From: an uncultured Spirochaetota bacterium
GTDB lineage: Bacteria; Spirochaetota; Spirochaetia; SZUA-6; Fen-1364
Direction of reading: 5' to 3'
Assembly (NCBI GenBank): GCA_963781885.1
Contig: CAWAHW010000001.1
Coordinates: forward strand, 224,001-288,000
DNA: 64,000 bases
The notes beneath the pieces are model-generated. The model was not told the DNA's origin. It searched no databases and saw nothing but the letters and a program-made list of their open reading frames with translations. Shown here one piece after another: positions 18,935 to 29,037 of the stretch (positions within the stretch are counted from its first letter, which is position 1; every line of letters starts with the position of its first letter). The position numbers and the translations under genes are program-made.

Positions 18935-19144
18935 ATGAAGCAGAATGATGGCGCACCGAGGCGGTGCGCCGCGTGCTCATCCTATCTCCCACAGCATGAG
19001 ACGGGCGTGCGCGTGCCGCTCATCTTGCAGCAGGTGCTTTTTCCCGCCGAGCGCAGGCTCGTGAGCGATACCTGCATCATCACCAACCGGGAAACGCACG
19101 CGAATCGCACGTGCCGTCTCTGGTCGGGCGGCGGCGCGGGCTGA
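18935..19144 (+). CDS. Small Cys-containing hypothetical protein
   Basis: 69 aa, CxxC...C...C pattern, fills the intergenic gap. Confidence 0.45.
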   Translation: MKQNDGAPRRCAACSSYLPQHETGVRVPLILQQVLFPAERRLVSDTCIITNRETHANRTCRLWSGGGAG

Positions 19145-19165
19145 ATCGCGGCTCGGGCGCGCCCG

Positions 19166-19585
19166 CTATGCGCCGGCGAACGCCGCGAGGGCGGGCGCGA
19201 TCATCGTGAGGATCTTGGGCCAGCCGCCGCCCATGCCTTCGAAGGCCGCCTTTCCCAGCGGCGAGTCGAGGTCGAAACCCTTGTGCTCCAATGACAAGCG
19301 CGTCCCGTTGCCTTCGGGCTGCAATCGCCAGGTGATCGTCGTGTCGAGGGTCCCGGGCGCAAAGGAATAGGACAGGAGCCGCTCGGGTTCCACCGCGATG
19401 ACCTCGCACTGCTGCTTTCCGAATCGACCGCCCATGTCGAGTGAGAAGCGATGCCCGACGACGGGGCGCACGTCACCGGCAGCCCACCATTTGGCGTGAA
19501 GGACGGGGTCCGTGAGTGCCTTCCACACCTTCGCAGGCGGATAGGCGATAAACTCTTCCAGTTGGATGACACCGGGTCGTATCAT
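19166..19585 (-). CDS. SRPBCC/AHSA1 domain protein
   Basis: KVWKALTDP...KWW, EVIAVEPERLLSYSF, GTRLSLEHKGF, GW; follows ArsR. Confidence 0.92.
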   Translation of the reverse strand: MIRPGVIQLEEFIAYPPAKVWKALTDPVLHAKWWAAGDVRPVVGHRFSLDMGGRFGKQQCEVIAVEPERLLSYSFAPGTLDTTITWRLQPEGNGTRLSLEHKGFDLDSPLGKAAFEGMGGGWPKILTMIAPALAAFAGA

Positions 19586-19899
19586 TTCTCCTCTTCCTCT
19601 CTGAGAGCCTTCTTCAAAGCCCGCATGCGCTGCGCCCAGTAGTGTTCAAACGGGCGCAGCCAGTCGCTCACCTCCGCCAGTGGGGCCGCTTCCAGGTGGT
19701 AGAAGTTCTGCCTTCCCCGCGCTTCTTCCGACACGAGGCCGAGTGAGCGCAGCACCTGCACGTGCTCGGATATTGTCGGCCTGTTCAGCGGGAACGCGGA
19801 GGCGATCTCCCCTGCGGAGCGCGGACCGTCGAGAAGCAGCTCGAGAATGCGCCTACGGGCGGGATTCGCCAGGGCCCTGAAAACCGTTGCGGCCGGCAT
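19582..19899 (-). CDS. ArsR/SmtB family regulator
   Basis: VFRALANPARRRILELL...ISEHVQVLRSLGLV; start at ATG 19899. Confidence 0.93.
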   Translation of the reverse strand: MPAATVFRALANPARRRILELLLDGPRSAGEIASAFPLNRPTISEHVQVLRSLGLVSEEARGRQNFYHLEAAPLAEVSDWLRPFEHYWAQRMRALKKALREEEEK

Positions 19900-19910
19900 G
19901 GAAAAATAAT

Positions 19911-19930
19911 ATGTCGGAAATTCCCGACAT
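19911..19930. promoter_or_regulatory. Probable ArsR operator
   Basis: ATGTCGG-AAATTC-CCGACAT inverted repeat 11 bp upstream of the arsR start. Confidence 0.75.
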
Positions 19931-19978
19931 GTCAAGCCGGCCGCGAGCGTGTGCTCTCGCGCGGCCGCGCGCCGCCGG

Positions 19979-20737
19979 TCAGACGATGAGAAGCTCGATG
20001 CCGGCGGCCCTTATTTTGTCACGGGCGTCTTCGGGAAGCCCGTCGTCGGTGAGCACCATGCTCACGTCGGTGAGCTCCATCATCTTGATGAGACTGCATT
20101 TGTTCCACTTCGACGAGTCGGCGACGAGGACGCATTTCTCCGACCTCTGCACCATCTTGCGGGGCACTTCCGATTCGTCGTACATGTGCGCCGTGATGCC
20201 GCTTTCGATGCTGAACCCGGCCGTGCCGATGAACGCATACTTCACGAAGTAGTTGTCAAGCTCCTTGATCGCCATCGATCCGACAATGGCCTCGGTATGG
20301 GGGTGGAGCAGCCCGCCGAGAAGGATGATATTCAGCGAGGGGTTTGTCTTGGCATAGGGCACCACCAGGGTCGAGTTGGTGATGATATTCACATTCTCCT
20401 TGTCCTGGAGGTACTTCAGGATGAGCGCGCCGGTCGTGGTGGCATTGATCATGATCGAGTCGTTGCTCTTCACGAGCCCCGCGGCCTTCTCCGCGATACG
20501 GTTCTTCTCATCAATGCGTATTCTCTGTCGCAGCGTGATTTCAGGGTGGAAGGCGAGCGTTGCGCCGCCGTGCTTCCGGATGATCAGCCCCTTGGCCTCC
20601 AGGATGCTGAAGATGCGACGCGTCGTGACGGAGGAGACGCCGAGCAGCTCGCTCGCCTTCGACACCGAGATGGCATTCTGCTCGGCGAGCAATTGCAGGA
20701 TATGTTGTTCACTGTCCGTTAGCTCCATCGACGACAC
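19979..20737 (-). CDS. DeoR/GlpR family regulator
   Basis: HTH, IRKHGGA, EKNRIAEKAA, ITNS, LVADSSKW. Confidence 0.95.
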   Translation of the reverse strand: MSSMELTDSEQHILQLLAEQNAISVSKASELLGVSSVTTRRIFSILEAKGLIIRKHGGATLAFHPEITLRQRIRIDEKNRIAEKAAGLVKSNDSIMINATTTGALILKYLQDKENVNIITNSTLVVPYAKTNPSLNIILLGGLLHPHTEAIVGSMAIKELDNYFVKYAFIGTAGFSIESGITAHMYDESEVPRKMVQRSEKCVLVADSSKWNKCSLIKMMELTDVSMVLTDDGLPEDARDKIRAAGIELLIV

Positions 20738-20867
20738 AGCCTGCTCCTTTGATTCGTGCGGACCCCGGGAAGAACACGAGCCTAATTTCTATTCATACCG
20801 CTGTCAATGCGTGATCGTTCCACCTGGAAAGGAAATCACTTCCGCCTCCACGCGTCGCATTGCCCTC

Positions 20868-22037
20868 CTATGGCACGCCCGCGGCCGGGCGGGAAAGCGT
20901 CACGACCTGCGCGCAATCATTGGACTGCAGGGCGGCGGTAAAGAGCTGGTGGCTCAAGGCTGCTTCGCGCGGTGTCGCGCAGCCGGAAAAGCGCGTCCGC
21001 GGCGCACCCTCGGAAAGCTCATGGATGAAGGCCGCCCACATCTGGAGGATTGCATCGGAAAACCCGAACTGGAAAATGGTTCCCGTGATTGTTCTGAATG
21101 TGGAGGAATAACCAATCTCGACTTTCTGCCAGCTTTGCTCGGGCCCCGGGCTGTAGCGCATGACCTCGAGGTACCCCGGGTCCTTCGTGCTGAATCGGGC
21201 GCTTGCACGGGTGCCCAGCACCGTCATGAACCACGTGTTGAGCTCCCCCGGGGCGATACGCTGCATTTTCAGCGTCATGGGAAAGCGCTCCTGCCCGACG
21301 CCCGCCGTCTCGCACAGGAGGGTCGCATTGTCCCAGGTTTCGCACGGCGCGCTTCCCCCTTTGCCGTCAGGTCGCTCGGTGACGATCTTGCTGAGGATGG
21401 CCCTTACATTCAGAGGAAACCAGCCCGCCCGAAAGGGCACGTGGCAGACGTGGAGTCCCAGGTCACCCATGCACCCGTAGCGGCCATTGGTGGCGATGCG
21501 CCGCTTCCAGTTGATGGGCTTCAACGGGTCAAGGTCACTGGAGTGCAGAAAGCCTGCGTCCACCTGGATGATGGAGCCAAAGGCATTCGTCTCGATCATG
21601 CCGCACAGCGCCTGCACCGCCGGCACGAAGGGAAACTCGGAAGAGCAGCGCACGAAGACATCGGGGCGCTCGGCGATCGCTTCCATGATGAGCGCGTTGG
21701 CTTCCTGGTCGATGCCGAACGGCTTCTCACCCATGAGGTGCTTGCCCGCGCGGATGATGTCGCAGTAGACCCCGGCGTGCAGGTTGTGCGGCAGCGCGCA
21801 GTAGACGGCGTCGACGTCACCAGAGGCGATCAGCTCCCGGTAGTCGCTCGTGGCCAGCGTGACCGAGGAAAAATTGTCCGCGAACCATTTCACGGCGGCG
21901 GCGTTTGAGTCGCAGACGGCAGTGAGCACGGGCTTCGGCAGGTCGTCCGTGAGGTGACACCACCGCGCGATCGCGCTGCCGAACTCCCGCCCCATGAGCC
22001 CGCACCCGATGATGCCGAACCTCACTTGTTTTTTCAT
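20868..22037 (-). CDS. Gfo/Idh/MocA family oxidoreductase
   Basis: GIIGCGLMG Rossmann motif, EKP, DLGLH. Confidence 0.93.
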   Translation of the reverse strand: MKKQVRFGIIGCGLMGREFGSAIARWCHLTDDLPKPVLTAVCDSNAAAVKWFADNFSSVTLATSDYRELIASGDVDAVYCALPHNLHAGVYCDIIRAGKHLMGEKPFGIDQEANALIMEAIAERPDVFVRCSSEFPFVPAVQALCGMIETNAFGSIIQVDAGFLHSSDLDPLKPINWKRRIATNGRYGCMGDLGLHVCHVPFRAGWFPLNVRAILSKIVTERPDGKGGSAPCETWDNATLLCETAGVGQERFPMTLKMQRIAPGELNTWFMTVLGTRASARFSTKDPGYLEVMRYSPGPEQSWQKVEIGYSSTFRTITGTIFQFGFSDAILQMWAAFIHELSEGAPRTRFSGCATPREAALSHQLFTAALQSNDCAQVVTLSRPAAGVP

Positions 22038-23164
22038 GCGCGGCTCCCGGCTGCGGATCTGCTCTTCTTCATGGCGTCGAACATGCTCATGATATTCTCG
22101 ACTGGCGTGTCCTCCTGGATGTTGTGACCGGGCGCAAGCACGTACCCGCCTCCGGGAGAAAGTGCGGCTGTCACGTTCTCCACCGCGGCGAAGATGTCCT
22201 CACGGCTGCCGCGCGGAAGGACCTGCTGCTCGTCGATTCCTCCCCAGAACACGATCCTGTCGCCGAATGCCTCTTTCAGCCTTATAGGATCCATGTCCTT
22301 TGCCCGGGTCTGGACAGGGTTCAGGATATCGACGCCCGCATCGATCAGATCTTCGATGAGCGGGAATATCGCGCCGCACGAGTGGAGAAGAATCTTGACA
22401 TCCGCCTGCTCGTGGATGAAACGGAATATGCTCTTGTGGTAGGGCTTCAAGATCTTCCGATAGAGCTCGGGTGACATCTGCGGCCTGTCCTGCATGCCAA
22501 GGTCATCCGCGTAGCCGATCACCTGGACATAAGCACCGAGCTCCCCAAGATATCGTTTGAAATACCGCTTCTGCAGCTCCAACAGCCGATCGTAGAGAGC
22601 CTTCACGAACTCTTCATCGACAAGAAGGTCACAGGCGAGATTCTCATAGCCGCGCAGCTTTTGCGATGTCTCATAGAAGCCGGGCACGCCGAAATCGGCG
22701 ACAAGCGCGTAGGGGCTGTTTTCAAAGAGGTCCCGCGCCCGGTCCTTGATGCCGTGGTAAAGCGCGGGATCGTCGGGATCCGGCAGGCGCATGTTGGCCA
22801 GGTCCGCGATGCCGGCGTCCGCCAGGGGACTGTAGATGGTGTCGAAGTACAGGTGTGGGTCCGCTCTGCGCAGCTTGTTGCCGAATCCATTCTCATAAAC
22901 GCCGTCGACGATTGCGGGCACGCCGACATTCATGCCGACCCTGCGGACGTCGGACTCTGCCAGAAGCATGATGCGCTCGCAGGGCTCGACGGTTCCCATG
23001 GAGTAGTCAATGATGGCGGTGTCTTCGTGGATGCCCAGGAAGCCTTTCAGCTTTTCATGGGCGTGGTAGTCCATGCAGGTGACCACCGTGCCGCCGAAAT
23101 CCACCGGCACCCTGTCGGTCTCCTCGTGACGCAGAGCCCGCGCGACCCGCTCGCGGGACGTCAC
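22034..23164 (-). CDS. Uroporphyrinogen decarboxylase family (MtaA/CmuA-like methyltransferase) protein
   Basis: TSRERVARAL..DRVPVDFG, ADDLG, LHSCG, FWGGID, PGHNIQ; GTG start overlaps the upstream stop (GTGA). Confidence 0.9.
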   Translation of the reverse strand: MTSRERVARALRHEETDRVPVDFGGTVVTCMDYHAHEKLKGFLGIHEDTAIIDYSMGTVEPCERIMLLAESDVRRVGMNVGVPAIVDGVYENGFGNKLRRADPHLYFDTIYSPLADAGIADLANMRLPDPDDPALYHGIKDRARDLFENSPYALVADFGVPGFYETSQKLRGYENLACDLLVDEEFVKALYDRLLELQKRYFKRYLGELGAYVQVIGYADDLGMQDRPQMSPELYRKILKPYHKSIFRFIHEQADVKILLHSCGAIFPLIEDLIDAGVDILNPVQTRAKDMDPIRLKEAFGDRIVFWGGIDEQQVLPRGSREDIFAAVENVTAALSPGGGYVLAPGHNIQEDTPVENIMSMFDAMKKSRSAAGSRA

Positions 23165-24366
23165 GCGGCGCCCCCAAGGAACGCGCGGGCCGCTTCCCGC
23201 ACGCCGCGGACGACCGCGTTTGCGTGAGCGAAGCGGTCCCATGTCACGGGAATCGATGCCCCCTGCTCCGACATGCCCAGGCCGTCCTCCACGAACGTGG
23301 CGACCATGACGCCGTCCAGGCTGCCCATGCAACCGAAAAGCTTTTTGTAGTAGCCGGGATCTATCGGTGCTGCGTCCTGCAGCTCGATGGTGAGCTTTCC
23401 ACCAAGCGCGGCGCAGAGCGACGTGAAGCTCTCAAAGCCGTACATCGGGGAGTTGTTCACCGCTGTCAGGCCGTCGATCTTCCTGATATTGGCGGCCTGG
23501 TGCGCGCCGTTGCCGCAGAAATGCAAATGGCCGCCGCCAAATGTCGTGAAAATTCTGGAGTAGCGGGGAACGACAAACTTTTCATAGAGATCGGGCCCGA
23601 TCACCACCAGGTCATCGTCGGAGAGCCATACTCCTCCGCGCGGCGTCCACACGCCCTGCAGCCCATTGCTGTACCCCTTGGGCTCCCCGATGTGCTGCTT
23701 CTGAAGCGCCACCCATTTGATCAATGCATCCGTGACGATGTCCATCAGGTCGTGCACGGCCTGCGGCTCGGTGTACATCCAGGTGTAGAGGTTCGTTGCT
23801 CCGCACATCTGGCCCAGCGTGCTGAGAGGGCTGTTGATGTCGGTGAGCCCGACGGGGAGGTCGCTGTGCGCAACCGCGAAGTCGATACAGGAGAGCACCT
23901 TTAGCAATATCGAGCTCGTCTCCGGATCCGGCGGCGCAAGACGCGCGATGTCGCCGACTTCCGCAATGCAGCCGCCCAGGACCGCGGGGTCCTGGCCCGG
24001 GGCGCAGTCCAACCGATACGGGCAGCCGAAAGATGCCGCGGTCACCCCCGTACCGTACCATGGCATGAAGTAGGGCACGTAGTCGTCGTCTATCGCGCGC
24101 AGATGCTCCTCCGCGCTTTTTTCCTGGTAGGCGACCATCACGGCCGGGTCGTCGAAGTAGCCGGCAGGCTTGTCCTGGGACCCGAATGCAAAATAGGTCG
24201 GTGTTCCAACGATGACCGGCACGTCTTGCGCGCGTCTCAACGGCTCGCGTCGAAACGCGCGCGCGATCTTGTCCTTGCGCGGGCCAAGGTCATGGCCTCT
24301 CCACGCCCGCACGTCACCGGCCCGCTTTTCCACTCCGGTTCTTTGCTGTCCGTTCCCGCCTGTCAT
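23161..24366 (-). CDS. Divergent URO-D/cobalamin-dependent methyltransferase family protein
   Basis: YGTGVTAASFG, TDINSPL, SDD, LHFCG. Confidence 0.8.
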   Translation of the reverse strand: MTGGNGQQRTGVEKRAGDVRAWRGHDLGPRKDKIARAFRREPLRRAQDVPVIVGTPTYFAFGSQDKPAGYFDDPAVMVAYQEKSAEEHLRAIDDDYVPYFMPWYGTGVTAASFGCPYRLDCAPGQDPAVLGGCIAEVGDIARLAPPDPETSSILLKVLSCIDFAVAHSDLPVGLTDINSPLSTLGQMCGATNLYTWMYTEPQAVHDLMDIVTDALIKWVALQKQHIGEPKGYSNGLQGVWTPRGGVWLSDDDLVVIGPDLYEKFVVPRYSRIFTTFGGGHLHFCGNGAHQAANIRKIDGLTAVNNSPMYGFESFTSLCAALGGKLTIELQDAAPIDPGYYKKLFGCMGSLDGVMVATFVEDGLGMSEQGASIPVTWDRFAHANAVVRGVREAARAFLGGAA

Positions 24367-24372
24367 GCCATC

Positions 24373-25212
24373 CTATCCCTTCACCGCGCCGCTGGTGAGG
24401 CCCTGGACGAACTTCTTCTGCAGCGCCACGAAAAGAATGATGAGGGGGATGATCACCAGCGCCACTGCCGCGGTATACGGACCCCAGGCGATGCGCTGGT
24501 ACGCGGAGAACTTCTGCAGGCCCAGCGGCAGGGTGCGCGGACCGCCGCCCTGCATGGTCACGGCTGCCCACAAGTACTCTCCCCAGAGGATGCAGAACAT
24601 GATGATGGTGACGCAGGCAATGGGTGGCGCGGAAAGCGGCAGGATGATCCTGTTGAGGATGCCCAGCTCGCGCCGCCCGTCGATCCTCGCCGCCTCGATC
24701 AGGTCGGTGGGGAGGATCATGATGTAGTTGTAACAGATGTAGGTGGACAGCGGCAGCTGCCACGCGACGTACGGCAGGATCAGCGTGATGTAGCGCCGCA
24801 TGAGATTCGCCTTGGAGAACATGATGGACATCGGCAGGATGTTCATCTCGCCCGGGAGGAACATCGTGAAGAGGAGCACGGCGATGATGAGATTCGCCCG
24901 CCGCACCCGCAGCCGGGCAAGGGCGTACGCCGCAAGGATCGCCACGTAGATGATGGCGACGGTGGAGGTGACGACCACGATCGAAGAGTTCATGAAGTAG
25001 GTGCCGATGCTCGCCTTCACCCAGGCGTCGCTGTAGTTCTGCAGCGTGGGCGCCTTCGGGAACCACCAGAAATTGGCCAGGATCTCCGCATCCGTCTTGA
25101 AGGAGGTCTGGATGACGAAGAAGATGGGATAGATCACGATGAGGATGAGCACGACGATCAGGACGCGCGGGAGGACCTTTCCCGGTGCGGCACGCAGATC
25201 ACGCCATTTCAT
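24373..25212 (-). CDS. Carbohydrate ABC transporter permease
   Basis: EAARIDG motif, FVQGLTSGAVKG. Confidence 0.95.
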   Translation of the reverse strand: MKWRDLRAAPGKVLPRVLIVVLILIVIYPIFFVIQTSFKTDAEILANFWWFPKAPTLQNYSDAWVKASIGTYFMNSSIVVVTSTVAIIYVAILAAYALARLRVRRANLIIAVLLFTMFLPGEMNILPMSIMFSKANLMRRYITLILPYVAWQLPLSTYICYNYIMILPTDLIEAARIDGRRELGILNRIILPLSAPPIACVTIIMFCILWGEYLWAAVTMQGGGPRTLPLGLQKFSAYQRIAWGPYTAAVALVIIPLIILFVALQKKFVQGLTSGAVKG

Positions 25213-26089
25213 GGCTTTCCCCCCGCAGCACGAATGCGCTCACCCCGACGATGGCAAGCACGACGATGGCAAGCGACACACCCATGGAGGCCGCGTAGCC
25301 GAAATTGTTGAAGTTGTAGGCCGTTTCGACCATCCAGATGGGCACCGTCGTCGTGAGCCGGCCCGGCCCGCCCTTAGTCATGATGTAGATGAGGTCATAG
25401 GTCCTGAACCCCAGGATGAAAAGGTAGATCAGGCTCATCTTTATCACGGGCTTCGTGAGCGGAAGGGAGATGCGGCGGATCATCTGCAGACGGCTTGCCC
25501 CGTCGATATGCGCCGCCTCGTAGATGGACGGCGGAATGGTGATGAGAGAGGCGTAGATCATGAGCATCGGCAGGCCCGTGTTCTTCCAGATCTCCACGAA
25601 TGTGATCGACCAGATGGCCACCTTTGGCTCGCTGAGCCAGGCCTTCGCGATGAAGCCCAGCCCCACGACGCGCAGGAGCTGGTTGAGGATGCCCGTTTCC
25701 AGGTTGAAGACGAACTCGAAAAGAAGCCCGACGATCGTGAGCGGGAGGATCACCGGGATGAAAAGGAGCGTGCGGTAGAGGACGCTTTCGGTGCTGCTCA
25801 CCGACTGGAGGCCAAGGGCGATGACCAGCCCGAGGATAAGGGCAATGACCGCCGACACGCCGCCGACGCGCACCGTGTTCACGACGGCCTGCAGGAATAT
25901 CCTGTCGTGGATGAGCAGGTTGAAATTCTTCAGTCCCGCGCCCTTCAGCGCGCCGATGCCTTTCCACGTGGAAAAGGAAAGCACGATGGTCCCAATCTCC
26001 GGGACGAAGACGAAGACCACCATCAAAAGGACCAGAGGGAGCAGGAAGAAATAGCCCGCCCGCCGCTGGGTTGTATCGACACCTCGCAT
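25199..26089 (-). CDS. Carbohydrate ABC transporter permease
   Basis: EAAHIDGA motif, MTKGGP, FGYAASM. Confidence 0.95.
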   Translation of the reverse strand: MRGVDTTQRRAGYFFLLPLVLLMVVFVFVPEIGTIVLSFSTWKGIGALKGAGLKNFNLLIHDRIFLQAVVNTVRVGGVSAVIALILGLVIALGLQSVSSTESVLYRTLLFIPVILPLTIVGLLFEFVFNLETGILNQLLRVVGLGFIAKAWLSEPKVAIWSITFVEIWKNTGLPMLMIYASLITIPPSIYEAAHIDGASRLQMIRRISLPLTKPVIKMSLIYLFILGFRTYDLIYIMTKGGPGRLTTTVPIWMVETAYNFNNFGYAASMGVSLAIVVLAIVGVSAFVLRGESHEMA

Positions 26090-26127
26090 TGATCTTTTCC
26101 CCCGTCTGGTCCGGCGCCACACAAAGA

Positions 26128-26157
26128 GGCCGCCGGCGGCGCAAAGCCCCGGCGGCC
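26128..26157 (-). other. Intercistronic stem-loop after the substrate-binding gene
   Basis: GGCCGCCGG...CCGGCGGCC inverted repeat. Confidence 0.55.
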
Positions 26158-26178
26158 GGTCTTCATAGTAGCACGAAG

Positions 26179-27405
26179 CTATTTGGCGATCGCCTGCTGT
26201 CTGAGCTGCTCGAGATAGGCCAGCTCCGAGTCCACCGTGTTGCTTCCCAGCACGATGTTCATGATCGACTTGTCGATCTCCGAGCCCAGCTCGGGGGAAA
26301 GCGTGGCGACGTCGCGAGGATCGATGTACTGGATCACGTTCGCCGCCTCTTTCGTCACGGGAAGGGTCTTCAGAGCGCCCACGATGCCGAGCTCTTTCCA
26401 GCAGCGCATCTGGAAATCCTGGCCGCCGAACTCCTTGATCAGGGAGACCGCTTCGGCCGGGTGCTTGGTGTTGTAGGGGATGAAGAACCCGTTTGCCCCG
26501 CCATCGATGGAGATGTTGGTCTTCGTGAGCGTGGGCATGTAGGTGATGCCGAGGTCGTTGTCCTTCGTATCCGCGGCATAGAATCCCGCGAGCACGATGT
26601 TGTCGAGGAACATGGCCACCTTGCCCTTGAGATAGGCCGAGGTGAGCTCATCCGCGGTCAGGTTGAAGCAGCCGGGGACCCCGCCGTACCACGCCTCGGG
26701 GTCCTGGAAGAGCTGGGCGACCTTCGTGTAGAAGGTTTTCACAAACGGGGACGTGAAGCTGACCTTGCCCTGGATCCAGTTGTCGAAGACGCCCGCGTCC
26801 TTGGCGGCCTGGCTCAGGTCGCTCCTGGTGATGTGGAAGTAAACGCCGTTCTTCGCGCCCATCAGGGCGATGCCGGTTCCCTTGAGCTTCTTGGCGGCGG
26901 CGATGTATTCATCGATGGTGACGGGCGGCGTGATGTTGTATTTCTTCAATATGGCCTTGTTGTAATACATGATGCTGCCGGAGATGTGGATCGGGATGCT
27001 GTAGTAGTGGCCGTTGACCTTGCCGAGATCCAGGAGCTTCTGGCTGAACGTGTTCTTCCACGCGCCATTGTTGGCTTCCAGGTACGGTGTCAAGTCCATG
27101 GCCATGTTGTCCCGCGTGAACTCCACCATTCTCTCGGGCCAGAAGAACGCCATGTCGTACGGGTTGCCGTTGACGATGCCAGTCTTCACGAGCATCTCGT
27201 GGTTGTTCCAGTCGACGCTCTCTTCCTTCACGGTGTTGCCCGTCTTCTTCTCCCATGCCCGCATCGTTTCGCTCCAGACCTTGTCCCACGACGCGAAGCC
27301 GAACTGCGTCACCGCGCTGAGGGTCACGCCCTGCGCGGCGAGCGTGCCGGTGAACGCCAGCGCGATCACGAGCACGATCAGCCCTTTGACGAATTGCCGT
27401 TTCAT
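26179..27405 (-). CDS. Sugar ABC substrate-binding protein
   Basis: Signal peptide MKRQFVKGLIVLVIALAF; YYNKAILKKY and PxTxDE family-1 SBP motifs. Confidence 0.9.
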   Translation of the reverse strand: MKRQFVKGLIVLVIALAFTGTLAAQGVTLSAVTQFGFASWDKVWSETMRAWEKKTGNTVKEESVDWNNHEMLVKTGIVNGNPYDMAFFWPERMVEFTRDNMAMDLTPYLEANNGAWKNTFSQKLLDLGKVNGHYYSIPIHISGSIMYYNKAILKKYNITPPVTIDEYIAAAKKLKGTGIALMGAKNGVYFHITRSDLSQAAKDAGVFDNWIQGKVSFTSPFVKTFYTKVAQLFQDPEAWYGGVPGCFNLTADELTSAYLKGKVAMFLDNIVLAGFYAADTKDNDLGITYMPTLTKTNISIDGGANGFFIPYNTKHPAEAVSLIKEFGGQDFQMRCWKELGIVGALKTLPVTKEAANVIQYIDPRDVATLSPELGSEIDKSIMNIVLGSNTVDSELAYLEQLRQQAIAK

Positions 27406-27466
27406 TTCTCTCTCCTTCATCCTTGAATGTGTTGGAAATAACCGTCGAACGCTCAACCTCCTTCTT

Positions 27467-29037
27467 TCACCTCCTTGTTTGCTCGCGCGCCGTGTGCGGC
27501 GCGGCGCCTGGTACCGGGGCGCCCGCGGACGCATCCAGCGATCGATATCTGGCCAGCCCCTCGTAGAGGGCTGCATAAAGCCGCGCCGGGACCTCGTAGC
27601 GCCCCGCCGCGTCGGCACGGGGCTCAAAGACATCCGCGGGAGGCCGTGTTCCCATCACCGCGTCGGCGAAATCGCGGTAGACACCCGCGCCGACGCCCGC
27701 GAGCAATGCCGCGCCGCGGCACGCCATTTCAGGATCCGCCATCGCTCCAGGCGCCTGCCCGCCACGTCGGCGCGGAGCTGCACACCGCAGTCCCAGCGCG
27801 ATCCACCGCCGTGGATGATGCAGCGCGTCACCGGACCTGCCACCTCGTCGAGGACGCGCAGATTCGTGGCCAGCTCAAAGGCGACGCCCTCCGCAAGGGC
27901 CTTGACGAGGTGGTATCTGCCGTGGTGCGGCCGGATGCCGCTGAGGGAAACCGTGGCGCGGATATCCCAGTACGGGTTGCCCGAGCCGAGGATGTGCGGC
28001 GTCATGCAGATGCCCGTCGGTTCCTCGCCCAGCTTTTCCGCCTCGCGCTGCGCGAGCGCCAGGGCATCGCGCCGTTCGGCCTCATCCTCCGGGTCACGCG
28101 TGAAAATGTTCGCGATCAGCCAGTCCAGGACGATTCCGGAAGGGAAGAAGCCGAGCACGACGTACTTTCCGCTCACCACGTGCGGGTAGCTGTTCAGCGA
28201 CGAGCAGAGCGCGGCGGCGCCGTTCTTCGGTCCATCCGCGACAAGCGTGATGCATTCATAGCTGCCCGCGGAGATGACGGCGCACCCCGGCTCCACGGCC
28301 CCTGCGCCGAAAGCGCCGCAGGGCTGGTCGTGGCCGCCAAGCGCTACCGTGACGCCGGCGTCCAGCGACAGCGCGCGTGCATGCGCCGCGTCCAGCTTGC
28401 CGACGACCGTGCCGGAGGGCCGCGGCTCGCTGAAGGAGGACGGCGTGAGGCCGACAAAGCCGAGCAGCTCGTCGCTCCATTGCAGGCGCCCGATGTCGAA
28501 GCCCATGACACGGGAGGCCATCGTGTAGTCGATGACAGGAGGCAGCGCCATCCGCAGGAGCAGGAAGTCCGCCACGCTCACGAATCTTTTTGCGTCCGCA
28601 AAAACACCAGGGCGGTTCTCTTTCAGCCACAGGAGCTTGGGGAGCGAATACATCGCGTGCAGCGGCAGACCCGTGGTGGCGTAGATTCCCTCCCGTCCGA
28701 ATCGCCTCTCCCAGGCGGGGAGCATCGGCCCGGACCGGTTGTCGCGATTGAGGAGAGCCGGGCCGCAGGCCTCCCCCCGAGCGTCGAGGGGGATGATCGT
28801 CTCACCGTGGCAGCTGACGGCCAGCGCCTCCACCCTGTCACGCCCGACGGCCCGCGCCGTTTTTCGCACCGCCTCGACAAAGGAGCCCCAGAACACGGAG
28901 GCGTCCAGCTCGTTGTCGGAGTCGGCCTGTCCCCGGCGCGCATAGGCAGACGAGCTCGATGCAAGGATCGCGCCGGTGCGGCTGAACGCCACCGCCTTGC
29001 ACGCGCTCGTTCCCATGTCGACGCCGAGCAGGCTCAT
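27467..29037 (-). pseudogene. FGGY carbohydrate kinase (xylulokinase-like), frameshifted near 27743
   Basis: LGVDMGTSACKA, GGHDQPCG, GGGSR in one frame; C-terminal ACRGAALLAGVGAG continues in another frame (1 base missing). May be a sequencing error. Confidence 0.85.
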
